Shown here: in pieces, positions 61,877-64,000 of the stretch
How positions within the stretch are numbered: the first letter of the stretch is position 1
How the letters are laid out: each line of letters begins with the position of its first letter
Origin: Phyllobates terribilis
Taxonomy: Eukaryota
NCBI RefSeq assembly: GCF_046119375.1
Contig: NW_027362765.1
Span: 16,120,001 to 16,184,000, forward strand
Length of the DNA: 64,000 nt
Direction of reading: 5' to 3'
The notes under the pieces: generated by a model
The model's database searches: none
Told to the model about the DNA's origin: nothing
The model's input: only the letters and a program-made list of their open reading frames with translations
Position numbers and translations under genes: made by a program

Positions 61877-63776
61877 CTTCTTAAATTTTAGTAGTGAATC
61901 ACTCATTACAACATCATGCGGCAGAGAGTTCCATAGCCTCACTGTTCTTACAGTGAAGAATCGGCGTCTAAGATCATGATTAAACCTTCTTTCCTCCAGA
62001 CGTAGAAGATGCCCCCTTGTCACAGTCTCAGAGTAAAGATCAGTAGAAAGGTTTTTGTACTGTCCCCTCATATATTTGTACATAGTAATAAGATCACCCT
62101 AAGCCTTTGTTTTTCCAAACGAAATAACCCCAAGTGTAATAACCTGTCTTGGCATTGCCGACCCCCATTCCTCTAATAACCTTGGTCGCTCTTCTCTGCA
62201 CCCGCTCTAGTTCAGCTATGTCTTTCTTATACACCGGAGACCAGAAATGTACACAGTATACTAAGTGCGGTCGCACTAGTGACTTGTATAGAGGTAAAAT
62301 TATGTTCTCCTCATGAGCATCTATGCCTCTTTTAATGCATCCCATTATGTTATTTGCATTTGCAGCAGCTGCCTGACACTAGCCACCAAAGGTGAGCTTG
62401 TCGTCCACCAATACACCCAGGTCTTTTTCAGTTACAGTTTTGTCCAGTGCTTTACAATTAAGCACATAATTATACATTTTATTTCCTCTGCCCAAGTGCA
62501 TTACCTTACATTTATCCCCATTAAAGCTCATTTGCCATTTATCAGCCCAAGCTTCTAGTTTACATAGATCCTCCTGTAATATAAAATTGTCCTTCTCTGT
62601 ATTGATTACCCTGCAGAGTTTAGTGTCATCTCCAAATATTGAAATATTACTCTGTATGCCCCCTACAAGGTCATTAATAAATATGTTAGAAAGAAGCGGG
62701 ACCAATACTGACCCTTGTGGTACCCCACTGTTAACTGTGACCCAGTCTGAGTATGTTCCATTAATAACCACCCTTTGTTTCCGATCACTGAGCCAGTTCT
62801 TAACCCACTTGCATATATTTTCCCCTATCCCCATTGTTCTCATTTTATGTATCAACCTTTTCTGTGGAACCGTATCAAAAGCTTTTGAAAAGTCCATATA
62901 CACAACATCCACTGCATTTCCTTGATCCAGTCCGGAACTTACCACTTCATAAAAGCTGATCAGATTAGTTTGACAGGAACGGTCCCTCGTAAACCCATGT
63001 TGATATTGGGTCATGAGGTTATTCTTCTTCAGATACTCTAGTATAGCATCTCTTAGGAAACCCTCCAGGATTTTACTCACAGTAGAGGTTAAGATTACTG
63101 GCCTATAATTTCTAAGTTCAGCGTTTGTCCCCTTTTTGAATATTGGCACCACATTGCTATACGCCAGTCCTGTGGTACAGACCCTGTTATTATGGAATCT
63201 TTAAAGATTAATAATAATGGTCTATCTATGACGTTACTTAATTCCTTCAGTACTCGCGGGTGTATCCCATCCGGGCCCGGGGATTTGTCAACTTTAGTGA
63301 TTTTTAGACGCCGCCGTACTTCCTGCTGGGTTAAGCAAGTGACATTTAATGGAGAATTTTTGTCACCACTGATCATGTTTTCTGTCATGTGACTTTCTTT
63401 TGTAAATACTGTTGAAAAAAAAACCATTTAGCATATTGGCTTTTTCCTCATCCTCATCCACCATTTCACCCAGACTATTTTTAAGGGGGCCAACACTATC
63501 AGTTTTTAGTTTCTTACTATTTATGTAATTAAAGAATATTTTGGGATTATTTTTACTTTCTTTGGCAATGAGTCTCTCAGCCTCAATCTTTGCTGCCTTG
63601 ATTTGGTTTTTACAGAATTTATTTAATTTTCTGTATTTATTTAATGCGTCATCACTACCTACTTGCTTTAGTTCTCTAAATGCTTTCTTTTTGTCACTTA
63701 TTGCACCCCTTACAGCTCTATTTAGCCATAGTGGTTTCCTCCTATTTCTAGCATGTTTATTCCCATAGGGTATATA
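61877..63776 (-). mobile_element. CR1 LINE ORF2 (RT), degraded; cut at its 5' side by a Tc1
   Basis: SPGPDGIHPRVLKEL, NYRPVILTS, DFSKAFD, GVPQGSVL, FGDDTKL and LWNSLP motifs. Confidence 0.92.
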
Positions 63777-64000
63777 CAGTGCCTACAAGTAGTATTCAAC
63801 CCCCTGCAGATTTAGCTGGTTTGATAAGATGCAAATAAGTTAGAGCCTTCAAACTGCAAATGAGAGTAGGTTTTATGAACAGAAGCATAAATCTTACAAA
63901 CCAAAAAGTTATGTTGCTCAGTTGAATTTTATTAAATTTTAAACATAAAAGTGTGGGTCAATTATTATACAACCCCTATGTTTAATATTTTGTGGAATAT
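63777..64000. mobile_element. Left end of a further Tc1-like element (runs off the window)
   Basis: ta|cagtgcctacaagtagtattcaacccc terminus. Confidence 0.6.

Overview
Vertebrate genomic DNA, most likely an anuran frog (inferred from the XlCOF/XlCGF-style zinc-finger exon and the TTAA/T2-MITE, Tc1, hAT, Harbinger, CR1, L1 and Penelope-like repertoire). It is almost entirely nested transposable elements. The only host coding sequence found is the 3' exon of a C2H2 zinc-finger gene (31067-32424, minus strand, 12 intact fingers). From left to right the window holds: a ~4.7-kb tandem duplication of a Tc1(DD38E)/hAT/Tc1/Harbinger nest; a 10.1-kb Neptune-type Penelope-like (PLE) insertion in the second copy (tandem plus inverted copies, 16-bp TSD, hammerhead motifs); a 2.7-kb CpG-rich 30-bp minisatellite; the ZNF exon; a probable 10-kb composite hAT element; an L1 ORF2 insertion; and a CR1. 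The strongest lead lies inside the last codons of that CR1: a 5.9-kb insertion of about 14 near-identical non-coding 421-bp units. They form a giant palindrome with an 18-nt spacer, flanked by a 15-bp TSD. Its geometry copies that of the PLE insertion (both 3' ends outward, offset termini, long TSD). This suggests a non-autonomous, apparently ribozyme-less mini-element that PLE machinery pastes in as palindromic satellite arrays. All coordinates were read by eye and no database searches were run.
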